A DNA stretch of 64,000 nucleotides, from contig OX597818.1 of assembly GCA_951406725.2 (NCBI GenBank), forward strand, positions 142,910,001 to 142,974,000, given 5' to 3'. Below the pieces are notes generated by a model. That model was not told where the DNA came from, did not search any database, and worked only from the letters and a program-made list of their open reading frames with translations. The position numbers were made by a program, and so were the translations under genes. This DNA is from Octopus vulgaris. Taxonomy: Eukaryota. Below are positions 39,937 through 53,085 of the stretch, one piece after another (positions within the stretch are counted from its first letter, which is position 1; every line of letters starts with the position of its first letter).

Positions 39937-40100
39937 TGTGTAAAGGAACAAACGCGCGTGCTCTGCGCCAAATGCAGAAACGGCGATAATGGGAAATTCT
40001 GTAAAAAATAACTATTAAGAGCTTAAAGCTTATAAGCGTTCAGCGAATACAAGGTGAACGCTTATAAGACAATCTTATAATATTTATTACTATTTACAGT

Positions 40101-40777
<677 letters not shown>

Positions 40778-40887
40778 TATATATATATATATGCATATAT
40801 ATATACACACACACACATATATATATATACATACATACATATATATATATATACATACATATACATATATATATATATCTTTATATA

Positions 40888-41325
40888 TATCGCCATACTA
40901 ATATGGCATTCTTATAAAAATAAGAAAAAAGCTGTCCGCTTATTAGCTCCATGAGGCCATCGCCTTAAGTTAGCTATTTGATACACAAACTGTATCCATA
41001 TAACCTTCGAACAAGGGAGGTCAGTCGCTCCACACTACTTGACCGGCAGCTACAGACGCTGCATTGAAAAGGGGCAATACCCCGAAACGCGTCTGTAGCT
41101 GCCGGTCAAGTAGTGTGGAGCGACTGACCTCCCTTGTTCGAAGGTTATATGGATACAGTTTGTGTATCAAATAGCTAACTTAAGGCGATGGCCTCATGGA
41201 GCTAATAAGCGGACAGCTTTATTCTTATTTTTATAAGAATGCCATATTAGTATGGCGATAACTATTATTTTCCGGGAACGCTGCCGTTGTTCTCTTTTAG
41301 AGAGACTTAGTAATTTTAATATTTC

Positions 41326-41327
<2 letters not shown>
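40888..41327. mobile_element. Small fold-back PLE-type insertion in (TA)n with a hammerhead at the symmetry centre
   Basis: Arms 40888-41059 / 41089-41260 (one mismatch seen), an unpaired 3' tail 41261-41327, and (TA)n flanks. Confidence 0.85.
41058..41099 (+). ncRNA. Minimal type I hammerhead, U3-A8 core variant
   Basis: Stem I GCTGCA/TGTAGC, core TTGAAAA, stem II GGGG-CAATA-CCCC, GAAA, palindromic ACGCGT stem III, GTC triplet (41091-93). Confidence 0.75.
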
Positions 41328-41372
<45 letters not shown>

Positions 41373-41843
41373 CGTCATATATGTGTGTGTGTGTATGTAT
41401 GCAGGCATGTATACATGTATGCCAATGCATTTTCCTTTTTTAAAAATGTTCGTGGTTTCGAAGTTTCACCAAGGAAAGTTTTTCAAACTGGTGGTGAAAC
41501 AATAGATAGTTGCCATTCATAAACATTTTAGCACTATTGAAGTTGGAAAAGTAGTTCGATACGTGAAGTGAAATCATCGATAAAAATATGAATGATCAAT
41601 CGATGGAAACGGACAAAAATGATTATGTTGAATATAAAGTTAAAAGGAACAGAATTCATGTGATATAATCAAATATGGAATGGCAGTTGGGTGGAAACTG
41701 TGGGTGTCTATGGGGTAGGTTTAATATACATATGATTTTAGAATTATTCCAACGGTTTCTTTCAACGGTTTATGAAGTAAACCCCTAAATATAAAAATTA
41801 AGGTGTTTGGTTGATAACGGTTATCTTTAATGAAAACTTAATT

Positions 41844-42040
41844 TTTACTTTTACTTGCCTCAGTCATTGAATTGCGACCACGCCGGGACATAGTCTTAAA
41901 AGGTCTTATTCATACGGACCGATCCTGGTATTTTTTAAAACCTGGTACTTATTCTATTGTTCTGTTTTGCCAAACCGTTAAGTTATGGGGACATAAAGAA
42001 ACTAACACCGATTGCCATGCGGTAGCGGGGGAACAAACAT

Positions 42041-42096
<56 letters not shown>

Positions 42097-42170
42097 CTGG
42101 CTTCGTTTCAGTTTCCGTTACCAAACCCACCCGCAAAACTTTGGTTGGCCTGGGACTATAATAGAAGATC
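41844..42170 (-). mobile_element. SINE, third family with internal (CA)n (resembles the octopus OK type), partial
   Basis: Homologous to 49066-49425, 52578-52945 and 59455-59902. Confidence 0.7.
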
Positions 42171-43231
42171 TTAATAATGGAAGGCAAGGTTTATGATATC
42201 GGAGGAATATCGTCTCCTTCCATCATTCTTCTTGTTCTTTATGGAGTTCAGGCTTTCGGCAGGCGAAGAGAAAAGACTTGAAATGCAAATGCTATTTACA
42301 ACTGGTTTATTTACCGGAAAGGTGAAGTGTGCTGCTCTCAGCTACCATCTTAAGCTCCGATAGTGTGGGCGCATTGCCTCTGGAGATAGATAGGCAGAAA
42401 ATTCTGCCGGTGTTGGTGTTCAGCCTGTGCTGCTGTGTAATGGAGCCGAAGAAGAGACAGGTCTGGATCAGTTTTCCGTCTACAAGATATTTGCCCCAGA
42501 TGTCACGCAGTATGACTGAAACCGAAACCATGTTGTCAGGAAAGCGAACTTCCCACCACACTACCAGGCCTGTGCCTATATATGGTATTAAAAAAGGGGA
42601 AGATTGGGCTGTTTTAATCTTAAACGATTTTAATTTTAGTTATAAAGCCATAAACATTCAAGATATTATTAAGGTAAAAAAAAAAGAACCAAATATTTTT
42701 TGAAGTATATCTGTAAGATTTGTATTTTAATTAATATTTCCGTTTAAATTAACTGTATAACTTATATATGTAATATAAATTTATTATTGAGTATAAGTAA
42801 CCTATTATTAATGGAATGAAACAGCAAATGTACATGTTGAAAAAAAAAATCTATTTTCGAACAAATTAACGTTTGAGTCAGTACTGACCGCGGCAGAGTA
42901 AACTAAATTTATTGGTCTTATAATTTCCTTCAAGTAGACTATTGTCGGTGCTGATACAATTAAATGCATTTTCATAAGGAGGCTGAGTTTTTAATTTCAG
43001 TAGATTAGAGTTGGCCAATATCTGCGCAAAACTATAGCTGGCTGAATTGACATTTTAATAATTGTATCTATTGAGGAAATTCTGGCAATTGTGATTTAGA
43101 GGGAAACATCAGTAAGGAGGATTAAAAGAAAATTACTATTGTAAATGCATTTCAGTTTTATATTTAAGAGATGAGGAATCATGTACATTATTTACATTTG
43201 ATGGATATCTGTCCTCATCTTGTTTGTTGTT

Positions 43232-43277
43232 AACACAACGTTTCGGCTGATATACCCTCCAGCCTTCATCATGTGTC
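43232..43277 (-). ncRNA. Minimal hammerhead motif (C3 mutated to A) in a short PLE-derived repeat (~43140-43320)
   Basis: Minus strand: ACAC-ATGATGA-A-GGCTG-GAGGGTATAT-CAGCC-GAAAC-GTT-GTGT, next to an (ATT)n tract. Confidence 0.6.
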
Positions 43278-43314
43278 TTGAGGAAATTTCGAACCTGGGT
43301 TCTCAATCCTAAGG

Positions 43315-43387
<73 letters not shown>

Positions 43388-43429
43388 CTCACTGCCTGGA
43401 ATCGAACTCGGAATCTTGGGATTAGTAGT

Positions 43430-46220
43430 CCTCACCCATCAACCCAATCGTTATTGTCCTTTCACTTCTTTGTCCTCGGGGATGAATATCATGTGGCCAT
43501 TCAGGAGTGATTGTGTTTATGACATTGATGTTGAGATTCAACATATCTGCAACTCTTTGGACTGCCAGGTTGTCTGCCCATGCACCATTTCTCAGCTCAT
43601 TAATATACATGTGATAGGCCCTCCTCTGCTGCTGACTTAGGGTTTCATGTACAGATGCCTGGTGTAGGCTGTTGTTAAGTTGTAAAAAGCCAAAGTAGTA
43701 ATGCTTGTCAGATTTTGTCTCATGATAGTCAATGAGCTTTTGTGGTATGTCGGGCCCATCGATATTCTGCTTTCCAACTGAAGTGAGAGATGCTGAAACA
43801 GTATAAAAGAAGCAGTTACCATCTGCAGGGATCTGCTTTATCTTCAAGTTGCGCCTCTTTGCCAGATGTTCCAGCATGCGGTAACTGTTTCCAGTTGGCA
43901 TGGGTAACAGAGGAGCAGGGGATTCTAGTTGATCAACTTCTATCTCTTCAGGACAGGCTTTGGTTATTGCTTCCCACAGCTCTGGATCACCATCTTCCCA
44001 CCGATTTTCCCAGTCCGTGCAGATGACGATGTCCTTATACAAAGGGTTGTTCTGCTTCAACCAGTTGAGTGCCTCCATCACCGTTTTAGGCCGAATGTAT
44101 TCGTGCAGATAATGCCCTTCGTAGCAGAGCTTTCTCTTCAGTTTCAGAGCTACCACTTCTGCTGTGTCAGGAAGCCTCGGCAACAATGAAACAACAGGTT
44201 GTAGCTTGCTTTGATGGCACATTTACTGCACTACCATGGATGGCTTTTTGTCCTCCTTTTGGCAGACCCACAAACTTCATAAATGGGATCCCCTGACTGA
44301 TCAGTCTCACCTCTAGAGGCCTCAGGTCAGATAGTGCCGGTGGTATTACATCCAGGCCCAAGCCATTGATCCATGATCGAATTGGGACTTTTCCATACTT
44401 CATCGACAAATGGCAATTGTGTTGCAAACCCATGATTTGTCATATGTTACTTCTTGCTTTAAGAATGTCGTCAATTGTTCTGTTTTGTGGGATATTTCTC
44501 AACCTTCATTTCCAGATGCAGTAATCTCCAGATGCGGTAATGCAATCTCAGCCTTCATCTCCAGATGCGGTAATGCAGTCGGTGACAAGAGCAGCAAGCA
44601 TAGATTGGTCCTTCTTCTATCTTAGCTACGAAGACTGCAGCACTTTCTTCCACAGCCAATTCATTCTTCTTTGCTTTACGACCTTGCATCCTGTTTTTCT
44701 CTCTATGATTCGTCGAACCTTAGCTACCTGCGGTGTTTCTTGCTGCCTATGCCTATGCATTCCTGCCCTGACAGACGTACGGCGAGTGTCGGCAGTCTCC
44801 GGCATTTCTTTCTCCCTAAGTATTCGTTTTTTTGCGCTCTCTCACGCCCGGCGAGTCACGGCAGCCTTCGGCGTTTCTTTCTCCGCTTATTTGCGCTGTC
44901 AGACGCACGGCAAGTCTCGGCAGCCTCCGGCGTTTCGCTCTCCCTAAGTCTTCGCCTTTTTGCACTGTCAACCGCACGGCGAGTCTCGGCAGCTTCCGGC
45001 GTTTCGCTCTCCCTAAGTCTTCGCCTCTTTGCACTGTCAGTCGCACGGCGACTGTCAGCAGCCGCTGGTGCCTCTTCCTGCCTTTTCTTTTTCATGCGCT
45101 CTGCATTTTCTTTCTTTCGTTGCTCCACACTTTTAGATCTAGAAGGAGGCGTGACTGCTGTGGTTGAATGTTTTTCCAAAGTAGGCCGACTATCTGATAA
45201 GTCACTCCTGTAAGATCAACTGGTGTCTTACTGAAGCTCTTTTACAAGTTATATTTTTCAAGCACAAGATTCAAGTATGTGAAATTATGAATAAAGTGCA
45301 ACAGTTTCTACTACCATAACAAATGGTTCTGCGTGTTACCGAGAAATTTATAGAGTGCGAAACAAAGCCTCTTTTAAGCAAATAACTCTAGACATCTTTT
45401 TTTAAAAAAGAAATCTGCTCCTCCATCTACAAGTGCTGGGGTATCAGTGATCGTGCCTGCGTGTGATGGTGTGTGTGAGTCTAGTGCAAGTGAAAGTGCT
45501 TCAGAACATGGTTAATTTCAGGCCTTGTATCTATAGTAGAAAAGATTATTCTTAGACACAACTGGAGCTGTGTGTGTAGTTCACTATCAGTTGTTTTCAA
45601 CTATTAGTCAGGTCAGTAGGAATAGTTTTCAATATAAGCTACTTTTAAAAGAGGTATCTGTCTACTTACCAAACTAAACCTACCTACCTAGTTTACATCC
45701 CTCTGTAGTCAGTATAGTATCAATCATCCCTCAAGAGTCCAGCATCCTCCTCTGCTGCTGCTTTTAGTAACCCTTGAATATGTTAGTGTCATTTAATCTC
45801 TCAACTGTTTCGCTGCCGTTTGTTTATGTAGTTTGATCTCTTTATCCATCAGTTCCTAGTAAGATAGATACACGAGTAAAATTACTAATAGAGAAACGAA
45901 AATAAAGCTTTGGAAGCAGCAACGTCATCATAGGTTACGTGAAAATCATGAGCGTGTTTTCAAGGGAGATAATCAGAGAAAGACTTCAAAGAACGTAACA
46001 TTGTAATATTTCATGTAAAGTAAATATAACAAAGGAAAAATCCTTCAAGAATCCATAAAAATTCCCGATCACTACCAAACTTTTATCATCTGTTCCTGCA
46101 AGTTTCATCAAATACCGTTCACAACTTTTTGAGTTATTTTGCACACAGTGGGACAGACAGAGGGACAGACAGACAAACCAACGCCGATGAAAACATAACC
46201 TCCTTTCTTGGCGGAGGTAA
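43430..46220 (-). mobile_element. Helentron/Helitron2 5' fragment with STPR-like repeats, DUF6570 and an OTU-like protease domain (frameshifted)
   Basis: 69-bp / 23-aa repeats RRATDSAKRRRLRESETPEAAET (44856-45179). DUF6570-like NGL..IPPALSDLRPLEVRLIS..LPKGGQKAIHGSAVNVP / LKRKL.Y.GH..EYIRP..V..AL.WLKQNNPLY. OTU-like IPADGNCFF..WAD. 5' palindromic sub-TIR ACCTCC..GGAGGT at ~46197-46218. Confidence 0.75.
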
Positions 46221-47277
46221 CAAGAGCACTCAGAGAGCGCAAACCTCCGCCAAGGCAACGCCAACGTCCTCTCAACGATTAGCCGGAGAGGATTTTTAAA
46301 ATGAGAATATCTGAAATAAACTCGACTGCTCTCACAAACGAGAATACTAAAAATGAACCCAGCAGCTCTCAAAAGTTAAGTAAAAAAAAAAAAAAACGGA
46401 AAAATAATCCAGAATCCTTGTCTGGTACCTGATCGATCCCAATGGTAATTATGGAATGTGAAGGTGGGTGTGCGGGGCCATATTTGTAATGCTGTATGTG
46501 TCGTCTGCTGTGCAAACAGGGACAGTTTTCTCTATGAAGGTCTTTTTTAGTCTCTCCACTGATATATTGTCTTTATGATCATTAAGATCTATAATGAAGC
46601 TTTATTCGTGCGTGAAAGAAAACGGAAAGGACATGCATACGGTACTGTTAACGGAGGTTTAACAACATTGTTGCGCACAAAAACGTGAGTCCAAGAAGTA
46701 AAGTTTCCTTCAAGGCAGAGCTAGAAATGCAATTATCAAGTAGGTAAGAGGTTTTAAACAGGAGCAATATATTCAAAATTGGTAAAAATTGTCGAGGATA
46801 AATTAAATTTATTATTGTTACTGAATATTTTAGTGTTATTTAATTTCTGAACGGTCTCTCTGCTGTTTGTTTATGTAGTTTGATTTATTTATCCATCAGT
46901 TTCTACAAAGACAAAGACATGAGTAAAATCAATAATAGAGAAACGAAAATATAACTTTGGAAACAGCAACGCCACCATAGCTTACGTGGAAACCATGAGC
47001 GTGCTTTCAAGGGAGATAATTAGAGAAAGACTTGAAAGTCGGTGTGATCGTAATACTTGATGTAAAAAAAAGTAAATATAACAAATAATCCAGAATCTTT
47101 ATCCGATACTGGATCGATCCGAAAATCTAATCAATTCGTGCCAGTCGTGAGGCCAAACATCCCTGAAAGTTTCATCCGAATCTATCCTGCAGTTCTTGAG
47201 ATATCTTGTCCACGGACAAAGAAGCAAACACACACGACTGAAAATAATGCCTCCGCCTTAGCGAAGGTGGATGTAAC
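46219..47277 (-). mobile_element. Non-autonomous Helentron derivative (HINE-like) in tandem with the coding fragment
   Basis: Sub-TIR/hairpin ends: CCTCCGCC..GGTGGA at the 5' end, and GGCGGAGGT plus the GCGCTC-TCT-GAGTGC stem-loop at the 3' end. Segment 46850-47040 is homologous to 45800-45990. Confidence 0.6.
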
Positions 47278-47345
47278 AAAGATGTTCTAAGTCGTATGTT
47301 TCATAAGTCTGTACAGCTTTGGCAAACAGAATTTCAATATATCGA

Positions 47346-47558
47346 TTTCAACTTTTGGCACAAGGCCAGCAGTTTCAGGGAAGAGTGTAAGGGGAGGAGG
47401 GCAAATCGATTACATCGACCCCAGTATTTATTTTATCGATCCCGAAAGGATGAAAGGCGAAGTCAACCTCGGCGGAATTTAAACTCAGAACACGAAGACG
47501 GACGAAATGTCGCTAGGCATTTCGCCCGGTGTGCTAACGAGTTTGCCAGCTCGATGCC
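47346..47558 (-). mobile_element. Meta-domain-like SINE
   Basis: Reverse-complement match to 21482-21714. Confidence 0.75.
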
Positions 47559-48162
47559 TTAGAATTTCGATATATTAAAACGCTGCTTACATCATACTCT
47601 ACGTTTCACGGAGTTATGAAAATAGGTCAGCACAGCAAAATCAAGCCCCCGACTACTTATCTTGTCAAAAATAGGTCAGTCATACACATGATGGCATTCC
47701 CTTTAGAATCAAACAGCCCCTGTTTTTTGTAATAAAATAACGGTTGTTTATAGGTGCTAACATTCGCCAACAAAGGACTTCGAGATATTATGCATATAAA
47801 TAAGGCTTGTAATGTTTGTTCTATGTATAATATTTACACGGGGGTAGCATACTGTCCATTGTATCATACCTATTGTACTTTTAAAAAGTCACGATTTTAT
47901 ACGATTTGTTTTTCAAGTGTCTGCTTCAAAGAAAAATAAAAGGGGACATCCTGGGATTTAGTGGAAAAGATTGAGTATTTCAATATTTATATTCAACCTT
48001 TAATTTCCTGTTATGACTTCAACATCCTTTGTTCAGTATTTGAGAAAATAAGTGTTTAAATCCAACGATACCCTAAACTTCAACTTCAAAATACCAAACA
48101 CACTGTTATATCCTTATACAATATATATAATATATTTTCTTTTAAATTTATTTAAATCTTAT

Positions 48163-48575
48163 TCCTTTATGGCCCAGAACGGGGCTAAACATAGAGGGGA
48201 CAAACAGGGACAGACAGCGGAATTAAGTCGATTACATCGACCCCGGTGCGTAACTGGTACTTATTTAATCGACCCCGAAAGGATGAAAGGCAAAGTCGAC
48301 CTCGGCGGAATTTGAACTCAGAACGTAGCGGCAGACGAAATACCTATTTCTTTACTATCCACAAGGAGCTAAACATAGAGGGGACAAACAAGGACAGACA
48401 AACGGATTAAGTCGATTATATCGATCCCAGTGCACAACTGATACTTATTTAATCAACCCCGAAAGGATGAAAGGCAAAGTCGACCTCGGCGGAATTTGAA
48501 CTCAGAACGTAGCGGCAGCCGAAATCCTACTAAGCATTCCGGCCGGGACGCTAACGTATCTGCCAGCTCGCCGCC
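48163..48575 (-). mobile_element. Tandem dimer of the Meta-domain-like SINE
   Basis: Two head-to-tail copies (~48163-48343 and ~48343-48575). Confidence 0.8.
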
Positions 48576-49065
48576 TTTGTTTAACGATTTCGCCAGTTCG
48601 ATGCCTTAGAATTTCGATATATTAAAACGCTGCTTACAAAATACTCTACGTTTCACGGAGTTGCGCCGGTAGGATATCGGAATTGAGGCCACGTTTGCTA
48701 TGATATAATGTTCTTTGTTAAAATTCCACTATAGTCGATAAAATGGCACAAGCCATATACTAGATTAAATCAATTGATTACAGCCTTCCATTACAAAGAC
48801 AAGCCTTGTGCCTTCCCAAGAGAAACTAATATCTGAAAAGAAATGGGCGAATAACTGGAAGAAATCGTTAAAACGTCAGGAAAAATTGCTTAGCAGCATT
48901 TCTTTCAGTTCCTCACGTTCTGTATTCAAATTACACCGATTTTAGCTTTACTTTTAACCCTCCGGGTCGATAGAATAAAGTAGTAGCCAAGTATTGGCTA
49001 AAAAAAAGAAGAAAATACTAGTAAAGTAAGATTTCTCTCCCTTCTCCTTACCCTCTCTCTCAGAA

Positions 49066-49425
49066 ATATGCTGAGGTACCACCCTGAAACTTTGAAAGGT
49101 TGTAGTCGAACGAATCGACACCAGTACTTATTTTTTTTAAAGTCTGATACTTATTCCATGGGTCCCTTTTGCCGAACTGCTAAGTTACGGGTATGTAAAC
49201 AAACGTTGATTGTCAAGCGTTGGCGGGAGATAGACATAAACACAACGACAAACACACACATATATATACGGGTTTCTTTCAGTTTCCATCAACCAAGTCC
49301 ACTCACAAGGCTTTAATCAGCTCGGGGCTATAGTAGAAGACACCCAATGTACCACGCAGTGGGATTGAAACCGAAACCATGTGGTTGGGAAGCAAACTTT
49401 TTACCAGACAGCCATGCCTGCGTCT
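49066..49425 (-). mobile_element. SINE, OK-like family
   Basis: tRNA-like head on the minus strand (GGCATGGCTG..GGTAA..GGTTTCAATCCC). Homologous to the other copies. Confidence 0.7.
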
Positions 49426-49436
49426 TATATATATAG

Positions 49437-50455
49437 AAGCAGAAGGACCCGGTTTCACTCGGGTTATAAATTCATCGCATTAACACAGTATTCTTTGCTT
49501 GTAGCGTAAGATTAGTGTATTTCTCGGAAAATATTTTACTTTTAACACTCAATGGTTTCACACTTCTGTACATTACATGCGCATACTATTCATGTAAGTG
49601 CTTCTTCATATACTATGTTTTCTGTCTTGTCATGTTTATCCCTGAGAATGTAGAGGTTCTTTTCATTTCCGACTCTGGAACATCCAGTACATAGCGGACC
49701 ATGCGAGAAGTCCCACCACCTTTAGAGATTGACCTTGTGCTTTGTTGGTAAACATTACAAAGCTCAGTTGGACAGGAAACTGCAGTCTCTTGAACTGAAA
49801 GGGAAGATCATTTGAGATGAGAGGAATCCTTGGAATGAAGACACTCTCACACATCATGTTGCGTGTAATTATTGTTGCTTCCGACACATGGGGCATGGAT
49901 GTTTTAACAACCAGCTTTGGTCCATAGCAGAGTCTTGATGCTTCAAGTTTTCTTAGCAGCATTATGGGAACGCCTGTTTTCATGATCAGAGTGTGTGGCG
50001 GAAATCCTGATGGTTGAAGTGAATTGAGGAACTCCACTGGGTATTGCGTTGCCTGTTCTTGATCAGGGACAGAACCAATTGATCTGGAAAAACATTCATT
50101 TCCTGGAAGCTAAGACAACAAATTTAGATTCAGCTTGACTACAATATCATTCATTGGTGCCAGAATTGTTTTTTCGCATAGCCACTTGTGAATTTTGTAG
50201 TTCGTGGTAATGTTTGGAAAGACTTTGCTCTTCAATTCTTCAAGGGAGGCAGTCATATTGCCACATAGGAGGTGGTGCAGACTACTTTTTGGATCCTGTG
50301 GAAGTTTTCCATTTCCAACATCAAGTAACTTCTTGGAGAACTGCTAATGGATCACTATGAATGTGAACCCTCACGTTAGTTGTAAGAGTAAGCTGCTTAA
50401 CATGTTGCCAGATATATAAGGGCTTGATGCAAGCTCTCAGCTCATCTGCCCTTAT
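49437..50455 (-). mobile_element. Helitron 3' fragment: PIF1 helicase C-terminus plus terminal hairpin
   Basis: EFLNSLQPSGFPPHTL..GVPIMLLRKL..LC.G..VFIPRIPL..PFQFKRLQFPV..NKAQGQSL (49663-50037). Hairpin ACCCG..CGGGT lies just before the end at ~49447-49464. Confidence 0.85.
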
Positions 50456-50694
50456 CGATAAGATAAGTTATATTTTTATTTTAAGAAATATTGTTAAATG
50501 CTTTTCGATTATTTATTGTTAATACACGTATTTATATATATTTATTTTGATAATTGATATAAGTTAAGATAAGTACATTTATTCTACTATTATTTTCTTA
50601 TTATATATTATTTTAGACCTGATGAGTGACCTATATTTTTAAATAGAATGAATTTTAGATCGATTTAATTTTAAATCGAATTGATTTTAATATT

Positions 50695-51722
50695 ATTGCA
50701 CCTCCAGCAATATTATCTATTGCGTCTCTTGCTCTCTCTGCCATTCCTTGTACATCGGACAAACGGGACGCCGCTTGGCTGACCGGTTCGCGGAATACCT
50801 TCGTGACATCCGCCTTGCGAACGACACACCGGTCTCACGCCATTTCCGCTCCACCGGTCACTCCTTGCAACACCTGTCTGTGTTCGGTTTGTCCTTACAC
50901 AGAGGCCATCCGGATTCCCGTTTGCGCCGTGAACAGGAATTAATCTTCTCTCTTCGCTCTTATACGCCATTTGGTCTCAACTCTCCCCCTCCTCATCTAA
51001 CCCCCTCCCTCTCCTCATCTAACCTCCCCCGACCCCTACTTCTCTTCAGTCCTTCATCCTTTCACCCCTACTCCCCTTCCCTTCTTCCCTCTTTCTCCCT
51101 CCATCCTTCCCTCTTCCCCTTCCCTCTTTCTCTCTGCTCCCTCACTCCCCTTCTCTCTCTCTTTCCCCCTCTCCCCTCCTCTTCTCCTCTCCTTCCTTCT
51201 CCCCCTTCCCCCTCCTCTTCTCCCCTTTCTTTCTCCCCCCTTACATACCCCTCTTCCCTCATCTCCTCTCTCTACACTACACCATACGACTTTACACATC
51301 ACCTCATATATACATACACACGTCCAGACCTCTCATACGCACTAATACTCTCTCATACACACACACACTCTTCTCATACACACACACACACTCTTATGTT
51401 GGAGCGAGGTCATTTAACCCTATTATCTCCCCTAATTTCGCTCTTGCGTCTCACGTTTGATCTTTGACTTCTGGCCGAAATCAGATCGCCATGTTGATTC
51501 GCTAGCCTCTGCACGCATTTTTTTCTTTCCTTCTTTCTGTGTTTTTTCTCTGTGTATCTTTCTGTTGAAGAGCGTAGGCTCGAAACGTTAAAGACTTGTT
51601 TTATTTATATTTCCTGAGCGCCATACTAATACAATTGTTTGTTTTTATTCCACCTGCCTTCGTCTTTTGTTTATTTCCGTAAACCTGCCTTCGTCTTTTG
51701 TCTATTTTCATAAAGCTTCCCG

Positions 51723-51724
<2 letters not shown>
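50695..51724 (+). mobile_element. Neptune-like PLE 3' fragment (GIY-YIG plus 3' UTR) ending in (TA)n
   Basis: NIIYCVSCSLCHSLYIGQTGRRLADRFAE..DTPVSRHF..GH..RLRREQELIFSL..PFGLN, then a pyrimidine tract, a hammerhead-like motif, a short tandem duplication (ACCTGCCTTCGTCTTTTGT) and (TA)n. Confidence 0.85.
51557..51594 (+). ncRNA. Minimal hammerhead-like motif (U3 variant) in a PLE 3' UTR
   Basis: TCTTT-ctg-TTGAAGA-G-CGTAGGCT-C-GAAAC-GTT-AAAGA, with palindromic AACGTT. Stem I is bulged. Confidence 0.45.
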
Positions 51725-51759
<35 letters not shown>

Positions 51760-52293
51760 AGTTAAGTTTATTTTGATTCATTCATTGTAAGAAATCAAAA
51801 CGTTCCCATTAACTTCAAATAGTTTACAATAACCCTTTGTTTAGCTCAGGTTTTATGGTGTCAAGTTCTGATTAATAGTATTTATTACTTATTTTATGAT
51901 GTTTACACTAGTTTTATAGTCTAATCCCGGATTTATGGCTTTTTATGGCTTTTAATCTCAAGTTTATGATATCAAACATGCTTTTTGGTGTCTTTAGTTC
52001 CATAATGAATATTTAGCACTACCCACGTTCTAAACGAAGCCCTGTGTTTTTAGCATGCAAACCGCTTTGAGATGTTTCTCCGAGACAAAACGTTACTTAC
52101 TACTAGTGTGTTCCATATTTATATACATTACAAAAGCGTATACGCACCAGTATTTCCATCTAAGACTGTTTCAAGTGCATATATTAATTTAATTCTAGCC
52201 TGTCTAACTTTCGTACAAATCTGAAAATGTTTTGTTTAAGATTTCCATATCAAAGCAAACATTTTTGTGGCTAGTTCAGAACGCTTGAGCTAT

Positions 52294-52339
52294 TCGTCAC
52301 TGAGGAGATCAAATCAGTTCGAAACACAGCGTCTGGCGA
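52294..52339 (+). ncRNA. Type I hammerhead ribozyme motif
   Basis: Stem I TCGTCA/TGGCGA, core CTGAGGA, weak stem II GATC/GTTC, GAAAC-ACAGC-GTC. Confidence 0.7.
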
Positions 52340-52577
52340 TCCATCAATATTCTGAGCGATGCCCTGTATTTTTAACATGTAAGTCTCTTTGAGATGTTTC
52401 TCTGAGACAATATATTACAGTTAGTGAAGTTCCCCGTTTGTATACGCATTTTAAATGTAATACACATTATCTTTGTTTGTTTGTTTGTTTGTTTCTTTCT
52501 TTCTTTCTTTCTCATTCTCTCTCCCTCTCTCTCTCACTCTCTCCCCCTCTCTCTCTCTCTCTCTCTCTCTCTCATCT

Positions 52578-52945
52578 TTTATCTTTTACTCATTTCAGTC
52601 CTTAGACTACAGCCACACAGGGACAGTGCCTTGAAAATTTTTTAGTCAAACGTATCGACCCTTGTACTATTTCTTTTTAAGCCTGATACCTATTATATCA
52701 GTTTCTTTTGCCGAACTTCTAAGTTACGGAGACGTAAACACACCAACACCAGTTGTCAAGCGGTGATGAGGGCAAACACAGACACAAAGACACAAACACA
52801 TACATACACACACATATGCGACGGGCTTCTTTCAGTTTCCGTCTATCAAATCCACTTTGGTTGACACTTACTCCAGGTGCCACGGAGTGGAATTGAACCT
52901 GAAACCATGTGGTTGAGTATCAAGCTTCTTACCACACAGCTACAC
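52578..52945 (-). mobile_element. SINE, OK-like family
   Basis: Homologous to 49066-49425 and 59455-59902. Confidence 0.75.
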
Positions 52946-53014
52946 ATTTAATATGTATTCTTATGTGTGTTATTATATATGTATATGATATATATGTGTG
53001 TGTGTACATGTATA

Positions 53015-53085
<71 letters not shown>

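Noticed and set aside
50615-50700. Hammerhead starting at CTGATGAG
   Set aside because: No matching GAAA..UH half or stem I partner is visible before the next insertion.
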